Assembly (NCBI GenBank): GCA_002633005.1
Contig: NMRA01000278.1
Location: 227,144-291,143, forward strand
Length of the DNA: 64,000 nt
Source: Phoronis australis
Taxonomy: Eukaryota > Animalia > Phoronida
Reading direction: 5' to 3'
Shown here: positions 25,982-38,245 of the stretch, one piece after another
Layout: the number at the start of each line of letters is the position of its first letter
Numbering within the stretch: the first letter of the stretch is position 1
Translations under genes and position numbers: made by a program
Notes under the pieces: model-generated
The model's database searches: none
The model's input: the letters and a program-made list of their open reading frames with translations, nothing else
What the model was told of the DNA's origin: nothing

Positions 25982-26950
25982 CTGAAAGTAAAGACAACCC
26001 ATCGATCACATTGGATGCATTTATGGTCCGTAAACCATGCACGAAGTGTAAGTTGACAATCAATTTCCGTCTTCCTTTTCTCTATTTAAAATGGGCAAAC
26101 TAGTTTTATTCACGTTTATCGTCTATATTTGTCTGTCATTCATGTTTTGTTTTTAAACAACTTTTTGAGCACCAATACAACTTCTCCATTTTTCTCAGAA
26201 AACCGTCGTATAACCCTAAAATTACAAGTACAGAGTGTACGTACCATTTAAATGTTAAATTGAGAGTAAGTGAATACCATAGATAACGTTACATCTCAGA
26301 AACTGAATTAACACTATACTTGGGCAACAATTGCTTCTCAAAAGTGTAATGGATGACTACTATATTACTGAGATTTATGTTTATTACAATAACTCTCAGT
26401 ATGATGACTCAGTAGAAAAATGGGCTCCAATACTACGGCTATTTACCTAGTTTGTCTGCCTTCTGGCACCGTTGGGTGTGTGAATTTGAATGAGTATGAC
26501 TGTTTGTCTTGTCAAAACACGATTTTTAAACCTTTTTAATACCTGCTTTATTTCGTGAAAAAGTGCTTCTTCTTTAAAAAATCATTTTCACCCCTTACTA
26601 TTTATGCCATTCCTGCATAGGTAGAACTCAACTAAAACAACACGCCATAGAATGTTTAACACAAAACATCGAACATTTGCACATAAACGTAATTGTGATC
26701 CTTCCATAAACAACCCAAACTTTGAATAAAATAGTCCCAACCATTGAAACAGGGCTACTTGTATTTATTAAACCGGCGAAACTGTTTGAATCATCAACGA
26801 TTTAATATTGGACATTTACTGTAGATTGACAAGCTACTCCATAATTCGTTAGTATAATAACAAGGTTCGATCCTAACATTGCGCCGGAGATTTCCAAACC
26901 TACGCAGAAGTACTCTGGTATTAAAGTTAAAGGATCCAACGATACGTTAC

Positions 26951-27002
26951 CTTCACAGTGTGTGCCATTTCCTGAATATCCTGTCTTGCATCTACACAAG
27001 TA
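26951..27002 (-). CDS. EGF1 exon, partial duplicate copy truncated at assembly 'n'
   Basis: YLCRCKTGYSGNGTHCE|gtaacg; the sequence stops at n27003. Confidence 0.6.
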
Positions 27003-28918
27003 NTATGTGGGCCCTAGCGCGCGCTTCTTGGCCAAGTTTCGATTCGCGGTTTTTATAATTTTTCGTGTACAAAACAATCTGGATTCCTGTTGTGGGAGAA
27101 GATCTGTACGGGAAAGATACAATACCAATCCCGTTGACCTGAGTACGCTGTGTCTGTTCTGATCAGGGCCAGACCATGTACAGTGTGACACTTTCCTCCG
27201 CGCAAGATCAGCAAATCTTTTGCGTTCTTTTTGAAGCACTGCGGAATGGTTTGAAGTGTACAGCAACGGCTAAATACCGACATAGCGGCGAGGCTCGAGG
27301 TCCACTATAGAAATTACGCGCACAATGATTTTTCAGAACTGTCGGATATTATTGATAAATTGAATACATTTACTGTAGAGGTAAGACATTTTTAGCACTG
27401 ATATATATACACAGTCATGGACTGGGCGCTTATTTTAGCGAAGTCTGAAAACGAGTGGGGACGCCATAGGGGCATGGGCGCTTATTAGGACGAATGTTAT
27501 AAAAATAATTTTGGCTAAAATGACATTGTACATTACAATAAGAAATCAGTTCCAAGAAATACGGTATTTTATTTGCTATGAGCACATGGACCGGTCTTCC
27601 ACCTTTCTCTCCTTTTCTTCGTTTCGGACTAGTCCACAAATTCTTTGTGCACGACCACACACTGTGTTTTTTGACGAATCGCGTAAAGGGTGACATGTAC
27701 TGAATCGGTAGGGTCACACTGCGCCGATTTTTTTACTGCCGGAGCATCGACACGATGACCAAACTGAACCTTAAATTCATGATAAAAACAGCACAAGGAG
27801 GAGGAAAATTATTCACATTCATCTGGGAAACGATATATAGTGCTTTTGCGCTCTGAAATTCGGCGCTCGCCACCGGGCGACCGGCAAGTCAACTTCTACT
27901 CGCCCAGCACCATTTTTACTCGCATTGGCGACTGGGCGAATGGCTAAGTATATCCCTGGGAAGGATACCGACGAGATATTACTGGAATTGGTACGTTCAG
28001 GCACTGCACAGTACACCATGGCCAGCTGATGATCACTCACGAAGTTTTATCAGTGTGCCTCGTTTTCGATCAGTATTTAAAGATGGCGCGGGAAGATGGC
28101 GCTTTCGTAAAATAGGTGAATAGATATGTATATGTATATACATATACTTATACCACAATATTAGCCTCGAATGGCAGATACATATAGATTATTACATGGC
28201 GAAGTCGTTATCCCCCGTTATCTAGAGCCCGAGTGGATTTTGGAGAATTATCGCCCGAGGGGCGTTAGCCCCGAGGATGATAATTCTCCGAAATCCCCTC
28301 CGGTTTTTCAACATTACCATGATAATCTTGTTCACCTTTTGAGAAAAACCAATTAATATGCTTATCCACAAATGAATTTGTGTAACCATTATTTATTAGA
28401 AAATGGTATTTTATGGAACCGTTTTCTAAATGCATTGGGATTAAACTAGTAAAAACAGATCAAAGTCGTGTTTTCAATGAAATATGTATATGTATATGAA
28501 CTTCGCTAAAACTCGACTAGACACTTTGTTTACAAGCTTGATACTGATACGCTCGTAGTTTCGGAGCAATGTCCTTTGATATTTAGTCGGAAATTTAAAA
28601 ATTCATCGAATTTGGGCGTTGTTCATCACATTTCATTGCTTGTATACTTTGGTGTCGTTGCAAAAATAATTGTTGTTAATTGTTGTTTGGGACACAATAC
28701 CGCATTATCAATTCTAACAACACACACGAGCAGTATCGTTGTAGTTTGGACACAACACTTCGTTTTCAAACATGATGACGACTTCGTGCAAGTATTGAAT
28801 ACATTGATGCACCCAAAAGACTATAACAGTGGTGACATGCTAAAAACATGGAGTTCTTTTGCATTATAGGAAGCGCTCTTGAGCTCAGTCACGTGTTCTA
28901 AAGAATGGAATATTTTAC

Positions 28919-29035
28919 CTCGACAAGAAAAACCATTCCCAATGTAACCTCGTTTGCACTGACATGTAAAAGAACCATTAGTATTGAAGCACGTAGCCTC
29001 GGTGTGGCACGGACCGTGGAGACACTCGTTGATAT
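28919..29035 (-). CDS. Calcium-binding EGF exon (EGF2)
   Basis: Same peptide as 25865-25981; canonical splice sites. Confidence 0.88.
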
Positions 29036-29995
29036 CTGAAAGTAAAGACAACACGTCGATCACATTGGATGCATTTATGGTCCGTAAACCATGCACGAAG
29101 TGTAAGTTGACAATCAATTTCCGTCTTGCTTTTCTCTATTTAAAATGGGCAAACTAGTTTTATTTACGTTTATCGTCTATATTTGTCTTTCACTCATGTT
29201 TTGTTCTTAAACAACTTTTTGAGCACCAATACAACTTCTCCATTTTTCTCAGAAAACCGTCGTATATCCCTAAAATTACAAGTACGTACCATTTAAATGT
29301 TAAATTGAGAGTAAGTGAATACCATAGATAACGTTACATCTCAGAAACTGAATTAACACTATACTTGGGCAACAATTGCTTCTCAGAAGTGTAATGGATG
29401 ACTACTATATTACTGAGAGGTATGTTTATTACAATAACTCTCAGTATGATGACTTAGTAGAAAAATGGGCTCCAATACTACGGCTATTTACCTAGTTTGT
29501 CTGCCTTCTGGCACCATTGGGTGTGTGAATTTGAATGAGTATGACTGTTTGTCTTGTCAAAACGCGATTTTTAAACGTTTGTAATACCTGCTTTATTTCG
29601 TAAAAAAGTGCTTCTTCTTTAAAAAATCATTTTCACCCCTTACTATTTATGCAATTCCTGCATAGGTAGAACTCAACTAAAACAACACGCCATAGAATGT
29701 TTAACACAAAACATCGAACATTTGCACGTAAACGTAATTGTGATCCTTCCATAAACAACCCAAACTTTGAATAAAATAGTCCCAACCATTGAAACAGGGC
29801 TACTTGTATTTATTAAACCGGCGAAACTGTTTGAATCATCAACGATTTAATATTGGACATTTACTGTAGTTTGACAAGCTACTCCATAATTCGTTAGTAC
29901 AATAACAAGGTTCGATCCTAACATTGCGCCGGAGATTTCTAAACCTACGCAGAAGTAGTCTGGTATTAAAGTTAAAGGATCCAACGATACGTTAC

Positions 29996-30119
29996 CTTCA
30001 CAGTGTGTGCCATTTCCTGAATATCCTGTCTTGCATCTACACAAGTACGTAATTCCCCGTCTGATTGTAACACGCTGCGTTCGGGTGGCACGGGTTATAA
30101 GCACATTCTTGTCCGAATT
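29996..30119 (-). CDS. EGF1 exon carrying a 4-bp frameshifting insertion
   Basis: 124 nt. Reads (E)FGQECAYNPCHPNAACYNQTGNY, then shifts. Removing 4 nt at 30046-30051 (TACGTA to TA) restores LCRCKTGYSGNGTHCE and a symmetric 120-nt exon. Confidence 0.8.
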
Positions 30120-30953
30120 CTGTAAAGATAGAGTTACTGCAGGCAATACAATTTAAAGAATTAACGTTTTTAGGGAGCGTATTGGAATCGACCAAACAGT
30201 TCTGGGGAAGCATAATGGAATGCCAAAAAAGGAATTAGGTCGATTATTCTCTTTTTGTGATCTTCATCAGACTAGATTTGGGAAAATTTGACCAAGTAAA
30301 TTAAAGAAGTTGCAAAATTTACCTTAAACGTTCTATCCTGAGTTTTCAAATTTTGATTTCTTCTCTTTTCGAACAAAGTTGTCATTCAGCAAATAAGTCT
30401 CTAGAATCCCACTCCCTTGTGCATATTAGAGTTCAGTGACACTACATGCCCGCTAATTTATACACTAATTGGACACGGGGGTGACGTTGGAGGTTTGAAT
30501 CGAATTCTGCAATCTGCAGACAAAATTTTTCCTTTCTTGTGGTCACCAATGAACTATGCTTTCATCGTAATTGGTCTAAATGTTCTTGCGGTATTAATGT
30601 AGGTATATTTTACAAAATATGCCCTAGCGGTGGATTTTGCCTCGAAAACAGAGCTCATCCTGTTTAGCAGAAATCTCCGTATATCAGTGATTAAGGGTGG
30701 GTCTACTCCGATCCGAGAAATAGAAACGAAAAGGGTTTTAAAAACGAGTAACTAACAATTATAACTGTGTCTCGGTAACTGGGTTTATTGCAGTGGTAAC
30801 GCGAGATACAGTGCGTATCTTAACGCTCAAATTGAGGCCCAGCCGTCATGACGGCAACGGCACGTGAGCTAAGCGAAATAACGGTGGAATGACGGGTCAT
30901 TTTGAGAGGTAAGATATTATTTGTACTGTATCAGAAACCAAAATAACATTTAC

Positions 30954-31073
30954 CATTTTTACAAATAAAATTCCACCTAATTCTACAGGGTGCTTCATAC
31001 CAGTTACCGTCTGTCCAACGTGTGTGCATGAACACGCAATCGTCGGATTCCTGATGAGGGGGGTGAATCCAAT
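30954..31073 (-). CDS. C-type lectin domain exon (C-terminal part)
   Basis: ttttcag|(N)WIHPPHQESDDCVFMHTRWTDGNWYEAPCRIRWNFICKN|gtaaat; 120 nt, phase 1-1. Confidence 0.9.
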
Positions 31074-31797
31074 CTGAAAATGAGATAAACGGTTTGTAAC
31101 ATTCCGGACTCTTTTGATAACTGAAAAGTTCGAAACCCACTTACTTAATGCATAAAACGCCCGTTTTTAACACTTTGTAGAGTTCTATCGCCGAACAAGC
31201 CCATTTGACAGCCATATTGCTTTCTGTATATAGAATGGTCCTACGTGTCAAGGAACCGCTCATAATCATTACCTTTTTCACGAGCGCAGAAGCCATAATG
31301 TACATTGTAGGGGGATATGGTCGGTCTTGCTGCTAGAGTGCACTTTTGACGCCATTTAAATGGTGATGTCAAGCAACAAAAATCAACGTTTAATAATCAA
31401 TTTTGGCACCGCAAATACCGTGGTGTACATGAAATTCTGCGCCGTGTTCCTTGAGTTACTGAAAGCGTTGGAAATGGGATCAGCTCACTACTCAAATTTC
31501 ACTACTCTGAAGATTCACAGCTCTGAAAATATATGAAATTTCGGACTCGGGTGTAAGCTTTATACTTCCTTTGCAAAATAGACGATATTTAGGTTATTGG
31601 ACGCAGTGGCCGGTGTACCTACATGTACTCTGTATACCGAAAACAAAACCCGGGTACTAATACACAAAATTTGGGTATTTTGTCTTATGAATACAAAAAT
31701 ATTAATACTTAATTGCATATTTGAAAGAAAATCAAGTAGGAATAATTATGAATTATGAACTACAATACATTTAAAAATCCATGTCAAGATCCCATCT

Positions 31798-31866
31798 CAC
31801 GTGCGGCGCAGGACTGAAATAAGTGGGTGGCTATGGACCCCAGCCCCCTATGGTGCCCCACCCATG
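31798..31866 (-). mobile_element. 69-bp hAT mini-derivative (fused left and right ends)
   Basis: Reverse complement begins like 16385-16430 (catg..ggcaccatagg..gctgg..atagcc) and ends like 23485-23513 (ccacttatttcagt..gccgc). Confidence 0.6.
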
Positions 31867-32122
31867 CATGCTTTAAATGGTTACTGAATGGACACAAATA
31901 CAACATTTCATGCATGTCAGTTTTGCCTCATTAGCAGACATTCAAGCTAATAAACTGTTGGAGTTGGAATTTGGTTTCGGAGTAGAGGACCTTCGGAGCA
32001 GTGAACCTTCGGAGTTGTAGTGAAACTTCTGCGTAGTGACATGTAACCTTGCAAATCCCATCAAGTTTGCTGCTCGTATGAAGTCGGGCGAGGTCGTGTG
32101 CCATTGACAACAGTTTGAACAA

Positions 32123-32361
32123 CATTCGCGCACCCAGCCTTAAAAATGGGGGGACTCGAATTTCTGTTGATGTGGATGGACTTTTTGCTGACAAACATCG
32201 GGAGGACCAAAAAAACGGGGTACCACCTTCAGAACTGTGCGTCTGCGTCTTTTTTAGTGGACTTTTGTCTCGTTTTATCGGACTTTTTGTTTCTCCGAGG
32301 TGGGTCTTTTTTCCCACTTCGCCAAATGGGGGGACTCGTTCGAGCCCCCGGTGCGCGCATA
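32123..32361 (-). mobile_element. MITE family A copy
   Basis: Inverted relative to 2203-2463; flanked by aacaa on both sides (possible 5-bp TSD). Confidence 0.7.
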
Positions 32362-33099
32362 AACAAGGAGACGTCTTCATTGACCAACGTCTTTTATTAG
32401 GTTTAAACATACATTGTCCAAATAATGTGAACGTGTTCGTCGGCGAGATATTCTCAGTACAAGAACACACGGTTGTGGAATGTCTTTTATTCCATACGCG
32501 TTGAATATGTCGAGGGAAATACGGTCATGTAATAAAGTCTTCCGTATTCACCTCCCGCGCTACTTCAGCAGTGACCTCTGACATGGAAATTTAGTCAGTT
32601 CAAAAGGTACAGTAGGTCAATGTCGACTAGACGTCGTTAGCCGGTTCGATCACCAAACTTTCGGAAAATAGTTTGAAGTAATATAATTATAGCAGTGTAA
32701 ATAACGCTCTACATACAGTCAGGTCTCAATCGTAACATCTGGAACAGGACAGTTGATTATATGACAGTCCTGTGTCAGTTTTCATTTGCTAAATATTTTA
32801 TCGTCTGCAACTCAGGCGCCGAATCCTCCGGTAACTACAATATCAAATTGTTGTCAATTAATTATTTTCATTAGTTGTTACAAGTTCAATGAAAAGTTAC
32901 CCTTATTTTCATCCTTGTTAACTCTTTTCAAGTAATAAATCGCCACATTTAAAACTGTTCCTTTTGCTAGAGAAAACTTGCAGCCTAACGCGCAAGTACA
33001 TACATATAGGATTTGATCTGCAACGTGAACAGTCTGAGTGAAGTATTTAGAAAATCTGCCGAAAAAATTAAAGAAACTTAGGACTTCGAAGCGTATGGG

Positions 33100-33249
33100 A
33101 TAAATACAAAACGTACCTCGATTGGCTTACATGACATTACTCCGACATTAGTCCGAGTATCGACCTTCGGTCGAGGTCGATACGCGGAATAATGTCTCTT
33201 GGGATATAACTTCATGTACGCCACTCTCGGTACGTTTTGTGCATTTATT
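33100..33249. mobile_element. Palindromic foldback element
   Basis: ataaatacaaaacgtacc ... gtatcgacct-tcggtcg-aggtcgatac ... ggtacgttttgtgcatttat. Confidence 0.65.
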
Positions 33250-35469
33250 TGAGCGACGACACAGGACTGCCTATTGAAGTTATGTGTACTGAATTAAAAA
33301 AAAAATGAAAACGCACCCAAAACGTGAGGATTATTCACCACTTCACAACCAAATCGTGGACTGGATACTTTCAATTCGAAATTCAAAAAAGCCTGCACAT
33401 CACTATGCAGGTCACTTTACCATAACAGAAAACAAACTTTTATTTGTTGATAGAACGATTTTAAGACATTTACATACTACTTTTCAGGAGTCTCACTGTT
33501 ATGTAAGTATAGAAATTTATTTGTAGGACCTTGTTACCCTATGGAAAGCCTATAGGCCTAGCCACCACGCACGTTCAACGTACGTGGTGGACGCGGTGTT
33601 ATAACATAATGTCCACTTATCGTCTGCACGGTCCTGTCATCCACGCAAACTCATCTGGTCACGAACAGCCCGAAGTGACTAGTACCAACTTGATAATTAT
33701 TGTAGTTAGTAATACCATTAATAAGTGCATCAATTTTGTTGTCGTTTTTCATATACATATATCCTAACCGTAATGGATATGATGGCCCATATGAATATAT
33801 TCAATAGAATCCTATAGGATCCTACAGGAATTCATATAGGAAATATCGATTTCCTATAGGATTGCTATAGGATCAAGATAGGCCTATCCTATAAGAATTC
33901 CTATAGAAAAAATCCAATTTTTTCAAAAATCTGATTTCTAAACATTTTAACAAACAAGTAGCCTAAGAGTAAATAATAAAATGTTGGTTTGTTTTTATCT
34001 AATTTCAGCGCTTTCAACTCATCATGGTTTGTAAATTTCAATATTCAGGCTTCGTAGGGAGTTTTCAAATTAGTTCTAAACTATTGAGGCTTGACGAGGG
34101 TTACGGAGCACTATTTTGTTTCAGGGAGCTAAGTGGGAACTGAAGTCGTTGTCAATATCTGTGCCAAAACCGGGTTTGATATACTTTTAATAATTGTAGA
34201 AACAAAAGTAACTTAAAACGTGTCTGTAAATATAGAATATTAGTAATGCCATTCGAAGAAATTTGTACTTCTTTTTCTTCTCAATAACCAGACCCAGTCT
34301 TCCCGATTATTCTTCCTATCAAAAACTGGTAGGCTGGTTTTTATCGGTTGTAATTGTTGTACATGAAGCATTTAATCCAGTCACTCTTTAGCTCGTGAGA
34401 ACCAGGTATAGAAATATGCAAGAGATATATTTTTGCAATGATTGGAATCCTCAAAAACCAAGGTATCAATCTGAACGTTTGATCAATACTTTCTGGTATT
34501 ATTTTTGACATTGTCCCTCTGATGAGATGGCTTACGTCGACGACGAATCGTAAGCATAATTGGTTTGACCATAGTCTAGCCCTGGAATGCCAACTCCTGC
34601 ACTTGACCTATCCATTCTATTATTGCACCTTGCGTCCTTGGGACTAGCCCCGAGAGTTTACACTGTGAATTTCCATCTGTCTGCTCGACTGAATTTTGAT
34701 CGAGTGTTGAAGTTACGAAAAAAGCCTAAGTCCATTGGTTACCTTTCATTTGTCACTTTTGCTCATCGAGCCAGGCTCTTGAGGCACGCTTCCAGACAAC
34801 CAGCGATTTCTCGGAAAATTAGTCAACAAACCCAACACTGGAGCTATTCGACGAATTCTCCTCGCGGTGTCGCTGCTGTACAAGCGATGATTGAATTGTG
34901 AATGCGTAGCTGTCTGCATGTAAACAGCTGGTAAAAAGACGGAATTGTAATCAAAATACGTCGTCGCGTTAAGCCTTATTATTGCTATTTTCCCGCGCCC
35001 AAATCTTCGACAGGTGGTCACAAATTCCCAAAAGACCTAAGGTTACTACAGGTGTGGAGAATTGTGGTCAAAGAGGTCAACCAAGGGATAAAAAGTGTGT
35101 GGATGCCGAAGCACCACGCCCCGTGTGTGCTCTATGTATTTCCATTGAGAGGCTACATAACGTTACTTGGTAAATTTTTAGCAATTAGTTTCTATCAACA
35201 TCGTTCAGTGACGTAATCCCCACCAGTTACTGCATAACGGATTTATTCAGAGGAACTAAGTGTTTCTTTTCAGGAACTCACCCGGGACCGGGATGGTTGG
35301 AAGGTAACAGTACATATTCACATATTGTCCTGGGTCGGAGTGCTCCCAATATAAGAGGTGTATAGGACGTCAGAAGTCAAGGGTGACTTTTTCACAGAAG
35401 TTACTATTCAAAACTATGCTATGTCCAATAAAATTCTCTAGATGAGTGAGTTTCTTTGTTTTATAACGG

Positions 35470-36615
35470 ACCCCACCGCAAGGACTACCAGATTAGTAAT
35501 CGCATTAACATGAATGAGAGCAACAACTGCCAACGAGGACTATGCAGGCAATAGCCTTGTGGAGGGTCCGAAACATGACTCTCAAAAGGGTACGTCTTCC
35601 CAAGAGAAGAACCCAGTGACTTCAACTCTAGAGGGAGAAGAGTTGGCCGACTAGTCGGTAGGAACAGATCCTGATGAATCCAACAGGGAAACGGTAGTAG
35701 TGACTACCAGGGCTCAAGCAGAGACTGTAAGTCAGGAAGCACTTTAGCGATGGATACAGCACTAGGTTATGTATATATGTGTCAGATGATTTTGTGTTAG
35801 AAAATTATTTCTCTTTGGCAGGAGTGTGTTGTCAGAATATAGTCTGACAGTATTTTTAGTTGTATTGTTTTGTTTTGTTTTGTTATTCTGTTTGATTGGC
35901 AAGACCCCCGAGTTAAGTACAGTGATGATGTAATTTGTTTACTACAAAATAATGTGGAACTTTCTAGAAGACTGAGTTCAGAAAAGTGATGATGTAATTT
36001 GTTTACTACAGTATAGTGTGGAACTTTCTAGAAGACTAGCATGACAGTGATTAATGCAGTCTGGAATATTCTAGAGACTAGTACATGTTTGTAGAATGGT
36101 TGGGTAGATTCCAGAAAGTTCTGGTATGTGCTTGAATTGATGAAAAGTTCTAGAACAATGCATTAGGCTATAAATACACAAGCACGGGTTTGTGTTAGTC
36201 ACTTGAGTCCAAGAAGATTAAGTCAGTGAGATCAAGTCAGTTCAAGAGAAGATCAAGTAAGTTCAAGAATCAAAGTTAATCAGGAGAACTACAGTTGAGT
36301 TGTAATGAAGAGAATCAGCAGTTACAGCGATAGTCAATAGAGAGCCAGCTGTAGAGACAGCAGGTTATTGAATTAACGAGTGTAGCAGTTGCTGGAAGTA
36401 TCTCAGAAGTTCAACACAAGTCAAGGCTTCGCAGCACTGGCTGGAGCATAAACAAACATTACATCGGGCGTTTTGTTTGAGTAGGCTTGTTAACGTACGG
36501 TCGGTATTAATAAAGAATTAACTTGAACCAGTCTTCAGTCAATCTTCTAACCGAAAGCTATTAGCACCGGTCTGTAACAGCCTGCGCCCACCCACACACG
36601 GGGAAAAACGTGACA
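35470..36615 (+). mobile_element. LTR retrotransposon remnant: short internal fragment plus 3' LTR (35830-36615)
   Basis: Peptide ETVVVTTRAQ; PPT-like tttggcaggagtg; LTR bounded by tgtca...tgaca with an internal direct repeat, ggctataaata TATA box and aataaa. Confidence 0.65.
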
Positions 36616-36895
36616 CAGGCCCCATGAATTATATACGCGAGAGAAGCCGGAAGGAGTGAAATTAAGCTATTGTCCACACATGACTCATTGGTGCTGGCTT
36701 GTGTAGCGGTCACATGTAGCTTCTTTTCACACACAAACAATCCGCTGGCACATTTTCTTATTACTGGGATTCACATTTCTCCAGGCCACTGGTTTGTACA
36801 CTGTGCCATGCAGCACTGCTGGTGTGTGGCCATGCTGTGGGAAGAAAGCGGAATAACAAAGCATGTCTATTTTGCGGCTTGAAGTGGCCTTAAAA

Positions 36896-38245
36896 ATGTC
36901 ACTGAACCTGGAACAAATATTGAAATACGATCAATTAAGTATTCCAGGTTGGGTCACAAATGTTATCCCTGTGTTTCAAACATATATGGTGATTGGTCTA
37001 GTACAGTTTCACATAAAAGTGAATAATTACTATTTTCAGAAACCAAGGGTGTATATAATGAGTATTGCATAAAACTGTGTATTTAGTTTTTATCCCTAGC
37101 CATAACAATTCTTTAAACGCATCACTTGTCTGTAAAATATACAAGTTTTTTGAGACAACTTCAAACCTTTGTTACCCATTTTCAAGCCTTTTTAATTTTG
37201 ATACTTTCAGCAATTTTAAACTCAGATTACAGGTTCATGGGTCTGTCAAGCATTCTTCTAGCCTAAGGTTGAGGGAACCGTTTTTCTTCTAATAGAAGAT
37301 ATGAAGACTTGGGTCATTTAAAAATGATGGATAATCTTTCTGTTGTTTAAGAGTAAATACAAACTGTAAAGCACCATCAAAAATGCAATTTTCACAAAAA
37401 TGGCAGTCATTTGAATTTATAACGACTTGCAACATTTCAAGGCATGAGTTAAGACTATTCAGTCACTGTGAATTCGGAAAATGTAATATATTTTCGTGGT
37501 TTTACAATTGACACAAGAAGCAAAACAGTTTCATGAAATCAACTTGAAGGGACTTCGTGAAGGTTAAGAATTACCTCACCATGCTCTTTTCCCCACACAT
37601 GTCCCTGAACCTGAAACTATTATTGAAATATGAATATTTAAGTACGTCAGGTTGGATCAAACTCGTTGCCCTTGTTTTTCAAAAATATGATATGGTAACT
37701 GCTTTACAATTTCACACAAAATTAAATAATTACTATTTCCAGAAATCAAGGGTGTATATAATATGTATAAAATTGTATAAAACTGCGTCTTTATTTTTCT
37801 TTCCTAGCCATAACAACTCTTTAAACGCATCACTTTTCCGAAAAATATGCAAGTTATTTTGAACAACTTCAGAACTTTGTTACCCGTTTTCAAGCCTTTT
37901 GATTTTTGATGCATTTTGAAAATGATGTATAATATTTCTGTTGTTTAAGAACTTCAAAATTGTAAGGCACCATTTCTTACGTACTGGCAGTATGAATAAT
38001 ATGTTGAAATACGACCTCACTCGTATTTTCACTTCAAAAATGCAATTTTCATAAAAAATGGCAGTCATATGAATTTATAAACGACTTGCATTATTTCAAA
38101 GCATGATTTAAGGCTGTTCAGTTGTTGAGAATTCAGAAAATGTAATACATTTTATGGGTTTACAATGGATAACAAAACAGTTTCATGAAACTTGAAAGAA
38201 CTTCATGAAGGTTAAGAATTGCCTCACCGTGCTCTTTCCCCAGAC
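36896..38245. repeat. Diverged tandem duplication (two units of about 700 and 645 bp)
   Basis: Units start atgtc(a/c)ctgaacctg at about 36896 and 37599 and end tcacc(a/g)tgctcttt; no n at the junction. Confidence 0.8.

Larger units (their letters stand above)
25066..30047. repeat. 1.93-kb direct duplication around n27003 (likely uncollapsed haplotypes)
   Basis: 25066-27002 versus 28120-30047; near-identical; separated by n plus 1.1 kb of unrelated repeat-like DNA. Confidence 0.9.

Noticed and set aside
25066-30047. Genuine tandem expansion of EGF exons or Dscam-like alternative exons
   Set aside because: Copies are near-identical including introns and the first ends exactly at n27003; haplotype overlap is more parsimonious, though not proven.
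31931-32504. 179-aa and 129-aa ORFs
   Set aside because: They overlap a MITE family A copy; similar peptides recur at the other non-coding copies.
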